From Tubulanus polymorphus (Eukaryota; Animalia; Nemertea), in NCBI RefSeq assembly GCF_964204645.1, contig NC_134034.1, forward strand, positions 4,562,914-4,626,913: a DNA stretch of 64,000 nucleotides, in the 5' to 3' direction. How positions within the stretch are numbered: the first letter of the stretch is position 1; each line of letters begins with the position of its first letter. Below are positions 47,222 to 60,297 of the stretch, piece by piece. The translations under genes were made by a program, and so were the position numbers. Under the pieces are notes generated by a model. It was given only the letters and a program-made list of their open reading frames with translations, was not told where the DNA came from and did not search any database.

Positions 47222-48066
47222 TTTTGATTTTGTCGCCCGCGACAATTCATTATTTTGGTTTTGTCACACGCGACAATTCAATATTGTGGTTTTATCGCCC
47301 GCGACAATTCATTATTTTGGTTTTATCGCCAGCGACAATTCATTATTTTGGTTTTGTCGCCCGAGACAATTCATTATTTTGGTTTTATCGCCGGCGACAA
47401 TTCATTATTACGGTTTTATCGCCCGCGACAATTCATTATTTTGGTTTTGTCGCCCGCGACAATTCACCTTTTTAGTTTTGTCGCCCGCGACAATTCACCA
47501 TTTTGGTTTTGTCACCCGCGAAAATTCATTATTTTGGTTTTATCGCCCGCGACAATTCATTATTTTGGTTTTGTCGCCAGCCACAATTCATTAGTTTGAT
47601 TTTGTCGCCCGCGACAATTCAATATTTTGGTTTTGTCGCCCGCGACAATTCACCATTTTGGTTTTGTCGCCTGGACAATTCACCATATTGGTTTTGTCGC
47701 CCGCGACAATTCACCATATTGGTTTTGTCGCCCGCGACAATTCATTATTTTGGTTTTGTCGCCCCCACAATTCTTTTTTTGGTTTTGTCGCTCGACATTT
47801 CATTAGTTTGGTTTTGTTGCTTGTGACAATTCATTATTTTGGTTTTGTCGCCCGCGACAATTCAATATTTTGGTTTTGTCGCCCGCCACAATTCAATATT
47901 TTGGTTTTATCGCCCACGACAATTCATTACTTTGGTTTTATCTCCAGCGACAATTCATTATTTTGGTTTTGTCGCCTGCGACAATTCTTCTTTTTGGTTT
48001 TGTCGCCCGCGACAATTAATTATTTTGGTTTTCATAATTTTGGTTTTGTCGCCCGTGGTTTTGTCG
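47222..48066. repeat. Minisatellite, ~27 copies of a 31-bp unit (ttttggttttgtcgcccgcgacaattcatta)
   Basis: Head-to-tail units with no spacers; translations repeat every 31 aa (3 units); internal hairpin TTGTCGC-CC-GCGACAA. Confidence 0.95.
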
Positions 48067-48099
48067 GAACATTAAGTTTTTTTGTCGAACAGTGTGTTC

Positions 48100-48438
48100 A
48101 GGTGGTTTTGGAAATTTACTCGGTCTGGTATATTTTGGATTACTGTGTATGTCATTTGTCAGGACATTAAACAGAAGACGACTTAGGATACTACCTTGCG
48201 TGACTCCACTAGTTAGACCGTCTCATTCCAAGATGAGGCGTTCCGTTGATTTCGGTTACAAGTTTCCGTTCAGAGATAACTGCTGAGCCATTTGGGCGAC
48301 CTATCATTGATACTGTTTCCTAATAGCCTGTTTAGTAATGGCTGATGTTGAGCCTTATCAAATGCTTTGTTGAAATCCCCCGTTGAACAGGATTCTAAGA
48401 CTGTGCACAAAACCCGTTATCGCTGCTTTGCAGCTATA
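48100..48438 (-). pseudogene. CR1/L2-type reverse transcriptase fragment
   Basis: DFNKAFDKAQHQPLL...WLSSYL...SGVTQGSILSRLLFNVLTND. Confidence 0.75.
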
Positions 48439-48740
48439 TTTCTAGCTGTTCTCGCGGTTTCATAAATCTTAAATAATCTAATAATTTCATCTGATTTCAT
48501 TGTATCTAATTCATTATAAGTTAAATTTTTACCGATAAAATTTTTACATTTTCCAGATGCTATTAATATTTCTAATTGATGTTTACAATAAAGATGATAT
48601 TCATAATTATTATTTGTTGTAACATTATTTAAAGCACCATCATCTGGAGTTAATTTTGTTTCTGTTATTCCTAAATCATCTAAAGTTTTTTCAATTGGAA
48701 CATCACCATTTTTAGATTTTATTTTCTTTTCACCTCCCAT
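48439..48740 (-). pseudogene. Truncated homolog of the 40508 gene
   Basis: MGGEKKIKSKNGDVPIEK...; cut by the LINE fragment. Confidence 0.8.
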
Positions 48741-48759
48741 TTATATAACAAAAAAATTA

Positions 48760-49045
48760 GTTGTGATGTTGCAACTAGAATTTAACTACAATGTAACTAA
48801 AAATCAACTAGATTAACAAACTAGTTGAATTATTATTGTTTTTATTTATTTCTTGTTAAATCTAGTTGATTTTTGTTCCAACTACCAATAACTTGAATTC
48901 AACTAGAATGTAACTAAAAATATACTAGATTAGAAAGCTAGTTAAAATATTGTTGAATTTTATTTGATTTTTGTTTCAAATACCAATAACTAGAATTCAA
49001 CTAGAATGTAACCAAAAATGTAATAGATTAACAAACCAGTTGAAT
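48760..49045. repeat. 11-bp CTAGTT array (copy 2)
   Basis: Reverse-complement homolog of 40228-40490. Confidence 0.75.
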
Positions 49046-49655
49046 TTAAATAAATTCATATTTAAATGGGTGTTGTAATCTAAATAGTAATTTTGATCTT
49101 TTATCATTTTTCAACTTATCCATATACTCATTATGTAAATCATGTGGAATAATATCATTTTCTTCAAGCGCATTTTTCATCGATTTTCAATCTTTATTAT
49201 AAAAGTAAAACTAAAAATCTAATGTTTTCTCTAAAATCTTTAACAATTGAATTATATTTTTGATTTAAAACCCAAGTTGTTATCCCAAAATGTCTACCAG
49301 AAAAAGCTAAATAACATAACTCACTCTCTCTAATTTTTGAATCATGTAAATTTGCACAATCATCTATGATAAATAATGTATTTGATCCTTTATAAATATC
49401 AATTGCTATTTTTATACAATTATCTAAATTTTCTTTTAGTGTTTTAGGATCTAATATAATAAATTTATTATATCTAGTAATATTTCTATCATAAGTTTGA
49501 TTAAATTCATATGTTGGACAAAATAATACTATATTATCAAAATAGTTTTTATAAACAGTTTCTAATAAATTTAATATAAAATAAGTTTTTCCACAATTTG
49601 TTACGTCAGAAACTAACATATTATGAGGCTCAAATATAAATAATTCCTTATTCAT
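49046..49655 (-). pseudogene. Packaging ATPase (copy 2), Walker A G>D and frameshift
   Basis: SDVTNCGKT, FIIDD, SGRH. Confidence 0.9.
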
Positions 49656-50783
49656 ATTTATATTTTTAATTTTACTTGATAATATCCATTCATTGAATTT
49701 ATCTGGCCATCCAACCCATTTTACTAAAGAATATTTTTTTCTTTCAACAGTTTTTGTTTTTAATACTTTTTCAATTTTATATTCTTGTTCTAGATTTTCA
49801 GTAGTTAAACTAAATTCTTCTTCATAAAAATACCCATCAACTTCTTCACCATCTAAATCTTCTAATTTATAGACATATGGTTTTGTTGTTATTACCTTTT
49901 TTATTTTATATATTTCCCTAGTAAAATTTCGATCGTATCCTTCGTCAATTATCTTCTTATACTTAGAAATTCTAACATTTTGACCAACTTTAAATTTAGG
50001 TTCACCAAAATCATCTACAAGAAATGCACCATATAAATTATTCCAAACAATTTCAGCATTTTCAGGTTTTGTAGCATCAATAGGTATCATTCCAATAGAA
50101 GAATGATAAGAATTATTATATCCTTCTATCAATTTTGGTTAAACATCAATCCATTTAAAAGTATTATTTGCTGTAAAATATTTCCACATTCTTGTTCTTA
50201 ATGTTCTATTAAATCGTTCAACAACTGCTGCTTTTTTATCCGATTTTGTTGAAAAATATTTAATATTATGATTGTCTAAGGGTTCATGAACAAGTGAATT
50301 ATCAAACTCTTTTCCATCATGAAATTGTATTTTTTCTGGTTTTAGTTTATCATCCGAAAGAAATTTTCTTAAAACATTTGATGTTTGTACATCATCTTTT
50401 CTATAAAGTGGGAAGCTCCATACATAACGACAAAAAATATCAATTATATTCAATAACCACCAATAATCATCATTATCTTTCTTAACATTTTTCATATCAA
50501 TTAAATCTCCTTGCCACTGTTGATCTACATAACCTACCATAGTTTTACGAGTTTTATATTTTCTAACAATTTTTTTATGTGTTGTGTATGTTGGTTGCTC
50601 TAACATAAATTCATTTATATCTTTATATTTAACTAAATTTTGTGGGATTACCTTATCTAATTTATCTTGTTTTAGTTGACGCCATATATTTTTAGTAGAA
50701 GAATAAGCAACCGTACTCTCAGGGTTGTAATATAAATTTCTTAAATATTGTTCTTTAGTATTAGGAGTTTTTTTACCACCCAT
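49656..50783 (-). pseudogene. int: Integrase-chromodomain (copy 2), frameshifted near 50135
   Basis: ORFs 50139-50783 and 49197-50132, near-identical to 38490-39617. Confidence 0.92.
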
Positions 50784-52052
50784 TTATATATCGTTAATTT
50801 TAACTTTATATTTCTTATATTGAATAATATCTAATTGTGAATTTACAATATTTAATTGTGCGTCAGATATAATATAAATGTGCATTTCAAAATTTAAGCT
50901 TCCTTTTTTCTTTTTCATAAATAATTGTATTCCATCTTTAGTGTTCTGTAGTTTTTTCCCAGAACCATGTAATGAATTATCCTCTGTTGTTCTAAAATCT
51001 AACCATAATGCATATTTATTACTGGTATAATAATCAATTTGATTAATATTACAATTTTCAAATGATTTCACTTTTTCATTCATAAAATGTTTTCTAATTT
51101 CTGGCCATTGATCAATCATTCTCATTCCTTGACAAAATATTTTATTTGCTATTCCTTCGATAGTTATTTCTACTTTCGTTATTTCAGGATTATGATAATT
51201 ATCTACCTTTATTGCACCATAAGAATATGTTGCAATAGTGAAAAATATTAATATACCTTTAATAGATCTTCTTAATATTCTCATTAATTATTTCATCATT
51301 TGCATTAATAGTTACAGTTTTAAATTTATCAATATAATCATATAATAATGAAAATCCTTGATTGTATTGAGTTTGAATTGTGCTAGCAATATTTTCATTA
51401 GTTACTGTGTCATATTCTAACATATATTTGATAATTTATATCCCATATCTTTAACAACGCTAGATAATACAATTTCATTTACAGGAGCAAATGTTATGTC
51501 AAATTTAATATCTTCTTGAATTACATATTTATATAAAGGTGCATTATTATTTATCAATTCAAAGTCTAATGGAATTTTATATTTGCTTCCATAAATCTTT
51601 TTTATCAAATTATCTACAGCATTAGTAACTACTGCATTATTAGCTTCAGATCTTAATTTATTATGGTTTTCCGATTGAATACCCTGAAATATCATATTAT
51701 TTCTATTTTCTTTAGTTAACCATAAATCTTTATAATGCATAAATAAATTATAATCATCTAATGAGAAAATTATTTCTGGGCAAATCTTTATAGTTAATTT
51801 TTTAATCAAATATCTCCCAACATTATCGACAACATAATTATTATCATGACCAGTTACTTTTATATCAGCTGATAAATAAATACTATTTGGAACATAAAAA
51901 GTATTTTGTGTTAATCTAGGAATTATAACATATAAAGTTTCATCAGGATTAATATTAGAAGGATTATGAGTAATTATATGATGTGATCTTTCTGCTTTAA
52001 TAGCATTAGATATTCTAGAAATCTTAGAAGGATTTATATAACTCCCACTCAT
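50784..52052 (-). pseudogene. Major capsid protein (copy 2), disrupted
   Basis: ORFs 51417-52052 and 50784-51284, near-identical to 37213-38459. Confidence 0.75.
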
Positions 52053-52072
52053 TTATTTAACAAAAAAATTAA

Positions 52073-53379
52073 TCATTTATTTTTTATCATATTCACTAAT
52101 CCAAAAATAATAGCACTTACAACTGTAATTAAAAATAAAATAATATGTTCAGCAGCAAAGTTAATAATGTTTCCTGCAGATTTCAATATAAAACCAACAA
52201 TTGATGCAATAATTCCTGGTAATGCTGCAGCAGATTTTTTAGATAGTTCCCATAAATATTTTGCTAATTTCTTTAAACCATCTTTAACTTTATCTTGTAT
52301 AGAATTATTATCATTCGGGGGTTTATCCGGTTTATTTGGAGTAGGAGTAGATTTTAAAGCATTTGATATAGCTAAACCAATTGTAAATAACATAGTTACA
52401 GCTGTCAGAATTGAAAGAATTGTTATTCCTTCTAATTTAAATAATAACTTTATTCTATCTTTCAATGATATTTCAGAATATGGTTTTATCAACAAATCTT
52501 TAAAAATAAATCTTTTTTAATCTATTGATTCTATCTTTTAATCTAATAATATTATAATCATATGATTTTAATAATAATTTAATTTCTTCTTTTTGTAATT
52601 CTATGTTATATTCTAAATCATCTCTTATACTTTTATCATGCGCAATTTTATCAGATGCAAGTCTTATACTTTTAATTTCTCTAATTGCTTCAACAGAAAA
52701 TATATTATTTAAATCTTCTAATTCTGTTGCATCAATTAATCCACAGTAAAAGTTTTTCAATTGGAACTTTATTTGATTTAAATTTACTAGTTTTGGAAGT
52801 TTTATTCTGTTCAGAAGTTGTTTCTGTTTCTGATTTCTTTTTTATTATTTCAAATAATTCATTAATTCTTTGTTTAAATACGTCTATATCATTATCAGTT
52901 AATTCTTGTTTTATAACATCAGTTATTACATTACTAATACTAGTTCTTTTAATTCTATCTGGATATAAATCACTCAAAGTTGATTTTGTTAATATTTTAT
53001 TTTTATTATTTTTATAAGTGATATCAATATAATAATCACCTTTCAATGATAATACCATTTACCATTATCTAAAAATTCTAATTTATCTGCCAAAGGTCCA
53101 ACGGCTTCATCATTTATAATAAATTTAGAATTTTCAATTATACGTTTTAATTTAGGTATTTTGTTTAAATTATTTAAATCTTGTTTTACTAAATCTGGGT
53201 CTAAATTTTCAGGATTAAATTGTGATTCTGCATTTTTAATATAATCAGGCATATTTAAATTATTATTATATTCTGGCTCATTACCGTCATTAAAACTTGT
53301 TTGACTTAAATCAGGTTGTTGTTATACCAGGTTCATCAAAATTATCCATTCCATTATCTTCTCCACCTTTTACATCCAT
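52073..53379 (-). pseudogene. Coiled-coil multi-TM protein (copy 2), fragmented
   Basis: C-terminus near-identical to 35740-37188; N-terminal half divergent. Confidence 0.8.
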
Positions 53380-53395
53380 TCATATAATAAAAAAA

Positions 53396-54700
53396 TTAAA
53401 ATTTAAAATATAATATTCCTCCTATAACAATTCCTATACAAGTTAAAGCTAATTTAGTATTTTCATGGAATTTATTATCATTATCAGTTTTAATTATATC
53501 ATGTTGAATATTATCAGTTTTTATATTTTCTGATGTATTGTAATCTTTTATTTTAGAATCATTATGCAATTTAATAGTTTTAGTTTCTGTTGATTGAATA
53601 TGTTTTTTATTTTTTTCACCTTCCATTAATTTTGGAGCAGTGATAACCTTTTTATTTGTATCATTTAATCCAATTGAATTATTTATTGTTGCAGTTTTAA
53701 TTAGATTATTATAACCAATTATATTTCCCATCTTTAATACTAAATCATTAGATATAATTAATAGATTAGGGCCTATACAATAATTTAGTCTTACATGAGA
53801 TTTATCTAAATAATTTTGATATCTTACAATGTTTTCTGGAATCGATCTATTTTTATCATTATGAATGGAATCTTCAAATAATACTTTAAATTGTTTCTGC
53901 GCATCGAATGAAGTACTATTATTTCCAACTATTGGTGATCTTGTTTCAACTTGCGCACCTAAAATACATATCAAATAAGTTCTAATTGATTGATTTATTC
54001 TTTGTATACCAGGTTTTGTAAATCCTTCACTATAAGATTCAATAAAATTAATCCATCCATTATTATTATCAATTCTATAATTATGATTAGCTCCAATTCT
54101 ATGCATATAATCAATTCTTTTTATTTCATACTGTTCACCAACGCCATGTAGTCTACCATGCGCTCTAAAATCGGAATTAATATTTATATTAAATTCATTA
54201 CATATTTTATAAAACTTAGATAGATTAATATTATTATCCAATTCTTTAAAATATTTCGATCCAGGTAAAGGGCATTCTAATTCATTTAATATCATTCTGA
54301 TTTGAAAATATGTGTGAAATCTAAATATTGTATGAATGAATTTTAAATCAGAATATTTCAAATTTTTATCTAAGTTATTCAAGTGTTCATGCCAACTTAC
54401 ACCACAACCAGTTGTTGCATAATGAACAGAAAAATTTAATTGATTCTGCCAATATTTCATATTAGATTTTACTTTATATGTATTATATTCATCTCGAGTA
54501 AAAGTAACTTCATATGTATTAAATATATTTTCCATTTTAGAAATAAAATAGTTTGTTTCAGTAACATAAATTTCTAAATTAATCAATGAAGGTAAAACTA
54601 AATTTTTAAATATTATCATGTTACTAAAATCTATTGCTGGAATATTATATTTATAATATTCATTTGATTTATTATATTGGAAAGCTTTTGGAAACCCCAT
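53396..54700 (-). CDS. Conserved Polinton protein with C-terminal TM segment (434 aa, intact)
   Basis: NMKYWQNQLNFSVHYATTGCG, FRFHTYFQIR, ILGAQVETRS, LALTCIGIVIGGILYF. Confidence 0.85.
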   Translation of the reverse strand: MGFPKAFQYNKSNEYYKYNIPAIDFSNMIIFKNLVLPSLINLEIYVTETNYFISKMENIFNTYEVTFTRDEYNTYKVKSNMKYWQNQLNFSVHYATTGCGVSWHEHLNNLDKNLKYSDLKFIHTIFRFHTYFQIRMILNELECPLPGSKYFKELDNNINLSKFYKICNEFNININSDFRAHGRLHGVGEQYEIKRIDYMHRIGANHNYRIDNNNGWINFIESYSEGFTKPGIQRINQSIRTYLICILGAQVETRSPIVGNNSTSFDAQKQFKVLFEDSIHNDKNRSIPENIVRYQNYLDKSHVRLNYCIGPNLLIISNDLVLKMGNIIGYNNLIKTATINNSIGLNDTNKKVITAPKLMEGEKNKKHIQSTETKTIKLHNDSKIKDYNTSENIKTDNIQHDIIKTDNDNKFHENTKLALTCIGIVIGGILYFKF

Positions 54701-54716
54701 TTATATAATAAAAAAA

Positions 54717-55151
54717 TTAATAATTAACTAATTCTTTTAATAATTTATCTTGTTCTTCAACTGTTATATGGCCATTTAAACTTATTATATAATCTAGTGT
54801 ATTCTTTAATTTATTAATTTCTTTTATATTAGTTTTAATTTTTTCTTTATTACTTTTTATATTTAATTTTGAACTTATACCAGTTAAAACACTTGAACTT
54901 AATCCTAACACACCAATTGATATAGCTAAAGGTGTTAATGGACTGAATATTGCTAGAAATGTTATTACAGAACTAATTGTAACCGAACCACTTATAATCA
55001 AATAATATATAATTTTACTTTTTAAATATTTTTTCTTTTTTATCTTTAAGTCACTTTCAAATTCTAATATTTGTTTTTCTAAATATATTTTTAATTTAGT
55101 TTTATTTATATCATGAGGAATAATATCAATACTATCAACTTTATCTTCCAT
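54717..55151 (-). CDS. Two-TM coiled-coil protein (144 aa)
   Basis: IIYYLIISGSVTISSVITFLAIF and LAISIGVLGLSSSVLTGI. Confidence 0.8.
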   Translation of the reverse strand: MEDKVDSIDIIPHDINKTKLKIYLEKQILEFESDLKIKKKKYLKSKIIYYLIISGSVTISSVITFLAIFSPLTPLAISIGVLGLSSSVLTGISSKLNIKSNKEKIKTNIKEINKLKNTLDYIISLNGHITVEEQDKLLKELVNY

Positions 55152-55169
55152 TTATTTAGAAAAAAATTA

Positions 55170-55589
55170 CTAATTAGTAAATCTATATGCTACAAATATA
55201 ACAATAACTGTTCCACCTAAAATCCATATTATTTCATATTTCTGTTGTTCTTTATTTGGGGTATAATAATCTGATAATTTAGGTTTGTATAGATGTAATT
55301 TTTCTTTATTGGTTACCGCGTTATATAAACTCATTGCATCATCAACTGATTGAAAATCTCTGTGTGAAATCTCCTGATTATATAATTCCTTGTTAACATA
55401 ATCCATATAGTTTTGCCTCTTTTCTCTTTATTCTTCTGCTGCTTTGTATTTCTCTAATGCTAACTTATGTCTTTTTTGTTCTGTTAATGATCCATTTTTA
55501 TCAATATGTTTAAATAAATAACCGCCACCAGTAAATGCTAAAGCGTTAACAATTGCCGATCCTATAATAGTTATAACTGCAGAAGCCAT
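55170..55589 (-). pseudogene. Membrane protein homolog of 33457-33882 with an internal stop
   Basis: Direct alignment to copy 1. Confidence 0.8.
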
Positions 55590-55613
55590 TTATTTAGTAA
55601 AATAATTACGCAT

Positions 55614-55835
55614 TTATATGGGAGGTATATATTTTTGTTTTTCCAAATAATCAATAGTTAAATTAGATAAAGTAACTGCTAACGTAAATTTTAAAATATC
55701 GTTTATATCAAATCTATCAACATTAACACTTCCCATTTTGAATACTTTTTTTAATACCATTGAATAACCAACAGTTCCAACTGATAGTAATGCGCCATTA
55801 TATAATCCAGTTATTATCCACTTATTATCACTCAT
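55614..55835 (-). CDS. Small hydrophobic protein (73 aa, intact; empty site for the 31215 transposon)
   Basis: MSDNKWIITGLYNGALLSVGTVGY... Confidence 0.8.
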   Translation of the reverse strand: MSDNKWIITGLYNGALLSVGTVGYSMVLKKVFKMGSVNVDRFDINDILKFTLAVTLSNLTIDYLEKQKYIPPI

Positions 55836-55841
55836 TTATTT

Positions 55842-56232
55842 ATCAAAAAAATTACTATCTTCAAAATATTTAGTTAACTTATTTATGATTAATTCAACAT
55901 TTATTTCATTACTAGTTTCATTTGTATATATTTCATTTATTATTTTTTTGATATCACCGATGATAAAATCTTCATCTAATTCATAAAATCTTAAAGATTC
56001 TCTAATGATAAAATCTTCATCTAATTCATAAAATCTTAAAGATTCTCTAATTAAATTAGTAATCTTTTCTACATTAAATGTTTCTTTATCTATTGTTTTC
56101 TCATACTTAAATGTTGTTTCATTAGAAAATGCAATATTTTTGTGTAATTACATCATTAATGTTAAATTTCATTTCTTTCTCACGTTTAAAATCAAATCTA
56201 AAACATATACTCGGTCCAACAGTTATATTCAT
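55842..56232 (-). pseudogene. Homolog of 30703-31041 with a frameshift and a ~45-bp tandem duplication
   Basis: MNITVGPSICF start; duplicated gataaaatcttcatctaattcataaaatcttaaagattctctaat at about 55962-56051. Confidence 0.7.
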
Positions 56233-56248
56233 TTATATAATGAAAAAA

Positions 56249-57033
56249 TTACTCTTTACATCTTATAACTAATTCATAAATTACAGGAAAGGTATTCTCA
56301 AATCAATTAAATATCCATTATGATTTCTAATTTCTAATTTAAAATTATTGAAATGTGCAATACCAGGTTTAAAATCACATTCAGCTAAATTATAATTTAT
56401 TTGCGTTCCAAATTGTTTAACGTTCTTCAATGGTAAAATATTCAATATACTAGAATTACATGTTGTATCTTTAGTTGCTTCAAATGTTTTTGTAGGATGG
56501 ATTAAATTGCAATAAATATAAAAGTGTGTAAAAGGTATTATATTTGAGCTACCGTGTATGTTTACTAAAATAAGTTTATTTGGAGGAATTCCTAACAGTT
56601 TAGCAAAAGGTTTTTTTACTGCGTAAGCAGTCATCAATACATTAGATTTAATAAGTTCATCATCAAACTTTATTTTAATTTTATTAGAGCTCTCACTTTT
56701 TATGAATTTAATATTAAATTTAGAATCACCATTACCTAATCTAATCCGAGCTTTTCTATTAATTTCTTGCTCTAATGTTTCTAAATTATATAATCCTGGT
56801 GTAAGCATGAGTTGAATCCATTTTTCTTCAAGTTTATCAAAAATAAAAAGGCTTCTATGTTCATCAGTTTTATCTGATATATTGTAAAATGAGTTACATA
56901 AACTTATATTTACTAATTTTAAATCAACACAATTCTTAAATTCTCTATCTAATTGAACTAGTAAATTATGTGATTTATAATTTGTAAGTTTTCAAGAATC
57001 AACAAATATTCTGTATTCTTTTAATTCTACCAT
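56249..57033 (-). pseudogene. Minor capsid (penton-like) protein (copy 2)
   Basis: PGLYNLETL; HFYIYCNLI; SSILNILPL; FKLEIRNHNGYLIDL. Early stop codon. Confidence 0.65.
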
Positions 57034-58075
57034 TATTTATAACATAAAAAAATTACCGCTCATCACTAAAAATTAATTTTAATAAAATTTTTCCTTAATA
57101 AATGGATGAGAAGATAGGATGTGAAATGTGTGGTGAACTTCTAAGAAAAAGTAATATGGCTCGACATATGAAAAAAACATGATGAAAATTATAAACCTCC
57201 TAAACTAAACTGTCCAAAATGTAATAAATTAATCTCAAGAAATTATGTTAAAAAACATTCAGAGAAGTGCAAAATAAATGGCGCAACGGCTAATGTTGAT
57301 AGTAACGAAAGTAATAGTAATTCTGTTGAAGTTGAACCTGAAATTATTTGGAAAAGACCTTTCTTATTCTATGATAAGGATAATATAAAAGATCATTTCT
57401 GCGAGCCTTGTCGAATAAAATACAGCCCTGAAAATATAGAAGATTAGGAGAATCATCAATTTCGTAAAGCACATATAGATAAAATTTCTAATAAATTTGA
57501 AACTGAATTCAATGTAAGAAAAAATAATATATTAGAAAAAATAAAATATGAGAAAACGTTACCAGATAATAAAGAAACAGTTGAAAAGTTAGAAAAACAA
57601 TATAATGAATTAACAAGAAAAATATATGATTGTAAATATTGTAAATTGATTATTACAACAAGTAATTCAAATCTACATAATAGAACAATAAAACATAAAG
57701 AAAACGTAAGAAAATACCAAGAGCTTAATGAAGATCTATTACCAATAAATTATAAACGAAAATGTCCACAATGTAGTTATGCGACCTTAAGGCAAGAAGG
57801 TACTGTGTTGTTTTGTAATGATTGTGGATGACAAAAGAATTTATGGGGTGAAGAAAAAACTAGAAATTTTCTCATAGATCCAAAATTAAATTATCTAGAT
57901 GAAATTTTTAAAATATTTTCTATAGAAGATCATACACCAGAATATATGCAATGGCTTGAAAAAATGAAAATAATAGAAAATAAAAATGGTGAAATAACTA
58001 AAAAAGATAACAAGAGAAATCCCACAATAAGATCAGCCAAAACGAGAAACTTGAATAGAAGAGTATATATATTTG

Positions 58076-58115
58076 CGCAACGTTTCGGCTAAAGACTATT
58101 AGCCATCATCAGGCG
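58076..58115 (-). ncRNA. Minimal type I hammerhead ribozyme (Penelope pLTR)
   Basis: Reverse complement of 61049-61088. Confidence 0.75.
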
Positions 58116-58434
58116 TACTGAGTACAGGAGAATATTACAAGATATTTATACAAGACCAAAACAATAGAAGCAGAGTGAGTGATTAAAATATTGAAAGGGG
58201 AATAGATTAAAGTAATGACATAACAACTAGAAAACAATGCTAAAGTAAGCAAGGCAAACTAGGGGCAATGTAGATTAAAGTAATTAATAAACAAAGACAC
58301 AAGCTAAAGTGATTAAAACGGGAGGACAAGCTAAGGGGTAATCAAATAAAACAAAGAGAAGGAACATGAAAGGCGATAATCAGTGAGTGAGTGGAAACAA
58401 GCAAACTATGATAAAGGCAAAACAATGGAGGGAA

Positions 58435-60297
58435 TTAGTATAACGGGGGTACAAGAGAAGCGAGAAATTTGGAGATCAAAATAATGTGGGGGGAGAAACC
58501 GTTATTCAAATTAACACAATTTTCCAAGTTTTCAATAATCAGGGCCGATTCCATAATGTGTCGTTTAATCTTTTCTGAACAGGGGAAAATTATGGAGGCA
58601 TTTTCAAAATCAAAATTGTGGCTGGTTTCGTATACGTGATTGGCAACACCGCTTTCAGGCTTAAAATTCTTTACATCATTCTTATGTTCACGAATGCGCT
58701 TGTGTAAATCGCGTCCGGTTTCGCCGATATATATTTTGTTACAAACTTTACAGGAAATTTTATATACACCAATGTTCAGGGGTTCAATTTTGGGGGAGTT
58801 ATGAGTAAGATTACGACTAAGTTTGTTGTTATAAGTAAAAATGAGTTGTTTGTTTAAGAGATGGAGGGGAGTTTTAGATTTTTCCAGAAAAGGAACAAAA
58901 GGTACAATAATAGGCTGTTTACGCGCGCGGGTCCCTTGAGAGTGACTGAAATGTGAACGACGGGCTCTCAAGAGAGCTTTATTCAAAATGTCGTCGGGGT
59001 AAGCTAATTTATTAAGAGAGGTCTTGATCTGGGTTAGTTCATCATCCAAGAAAAGGGGGTCACAAATCCTTAATGCGCGAAGGAATAAGCTTTGGGCAAC
59101 ACTAAGTTTAATGTTATGAGCGGTGAAGGAGAAATAATGTAGGTATGTTCCAGAGTGGGTAGGTTTCCTATAAACCGAGAATTTTAGACAAGACAAACAA
59201 TTGTGTATACAATCATCAAGGAAAGGGATTTTCCCATCAACTTCCAATTCAAATGTGAAGTTCAAGGAGGGATAAAAAGAGTTAATAAATGTGAGAAATT
59301 GATCAATATCAAAGTCAAAAGGTATAAGGGCAAGAATATCATCAACGTATCGTAACCAAAGTTTAGGGAGAGTATCTGTGTAAAGAGGTAGTAATTCGGT
59401 TTCAACGTGTTCCAGGAAAAGATTTGCTAGAATGGGACTAAGCGGGTTCCCCAGAGCCATGCCAAAAACCTGTTCGAAATATGAATTGTTGAAACTAAAA
59501 AAGGAGTTCTGGGTGCAAAGTTCAATTAATTCGATAATACAATCAGTAGGAATGTCAAAATTGAAATCCAACGAAGGAAGTTTCCGTTTAAGAAAATCAA
59601 GGGTAGGCCTAAGAGGAACATTGGTAAAAAGAGAACTAGCATCAAACGAAATGAATCTATCGTTACCAGGAATAATGTTTTTTAACCGTTCTAATAAATC
59701 TTGGTTGTGTCGTAAATGCGAGGCGGAGAAAGAACCAAGAGCCGGTGATAATTGTTTAGCCAGAAATTTGGATAAACGATAAGAGGGCGAATTACAATTA
59801 GATACAATGGGGCGCAGCGGAACATCTTTCTTATGGATTTTGGGGAGCCCATAGATATAAGGTAGGGAGGGTAGACGTGATTGAAATTTCGAAAGAATAT
59901 CTTTAGAGTCCGGAAACCGTTGGATAATACCAGACAGATTCTTATTGAATGAAGCTTGCATACGTGAGAGAGGGTTGGATTTCAATGGTTTATAAACATT
60001 AGAGTCACCAAGAAGGGAGAAGATTTTTTGATTATAATCACAGATATCTAAGAGAACAATTTTGCCACCTTTATCAGCTTTTGAAATACGAACAGAGTCT
60101 AGTTTTCTGAGTTCAGAGAGGGCAATCCTGAAACGACGAGGTAAAAATTCTGAGTAATTATAACGGAGGTTATCACAAATAGTTTGTAAGTTCATAAACA
60201 TAAAATTGTAGTCAAAATTCGAGGAAGATGTCTTGCGCTGTTCTAATTCCGACATAAAATCCAGGATGTTCGTCTTGCGGTGAGGTAAAGAAAAGTT
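58435..60297 (-). CDS. Penelope/Poseidon-type reverse transcriptase plus GIY-YIG endonuclease (5'-truncated, open frame)
   Basis: KADKG, YGLPKIHK, PLRPIVS, SFDASSLFTNVP, GMALGNPLSP, RYVDD, VYRKPT; GVYKISCKVCNKIYIGETGR...RIREH. Confidence 0.95.
   Translation of the reverse strand, partial: NFSLPHRKTNILDFMSELEQRKTSSSNFDYNFMFMNLQTICDNLRYNYSEFLPRRFRIALSELRKLDSVRISKADKGGKIVLLDICDYNQKIFSLLGDSNVYKPLKSNPLSRMQASFNKNLSGIIQRFPDSKDILSKFQSRLPSLPYIYGLPKIHKKDVPLRPIVSNCNSPSYRLSKFLAKQLSPALGSFSASHLRHNQDLLERLKNIIPGNDRFISFDASSLFTNVPLRPTLDFLKRKLPSLDFNFDIPTDCIIELIELCTQNSFFSFNNSYFEQVFGMALGNPLSPILANLFLEHVETELLPLYTDTLPKLWLRYVDDILALIPFDFDIDQFLTFINSFYPSLNFTFELEVDGKIPFLDDCIHNCLSCLKFSVYRKPTHSGTYLHYFSFTAHNIKLSVAQSLFLRALRICDPLFLDDELTQIKTSLNKLAYPDDILNKALLRARRSHFSHSQGTRARKQPIIVPFVPFLEKSKTPLHLLNKQLIFTYNNKLSRNLTHNSPKIEPLNIGVYKISCKVCNKIYIGETGRDLHKRIREHKNDVKNFKPESGVANHVYETSHNFDFENASIIFPCSEKIKRHIMESALIIENLENCVNLNNGFSPHIILISKFLASLVPPLY

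Noticed and set aside
47222-48066. CRISPR array (31-bp palindromic repeats)
   Set aside because: Units are head-to-tail with no unique spacers, there are no cas genes, and the context is eukaryotic. The overlapping ORFs are repeat artefacts.
49197-50132. Natural integrase-ATPase fusion protein
   Set aside because: Copy 1 has separate intact genes (TAAATG junction). The fusion comes from an indel in decayed copy 2.
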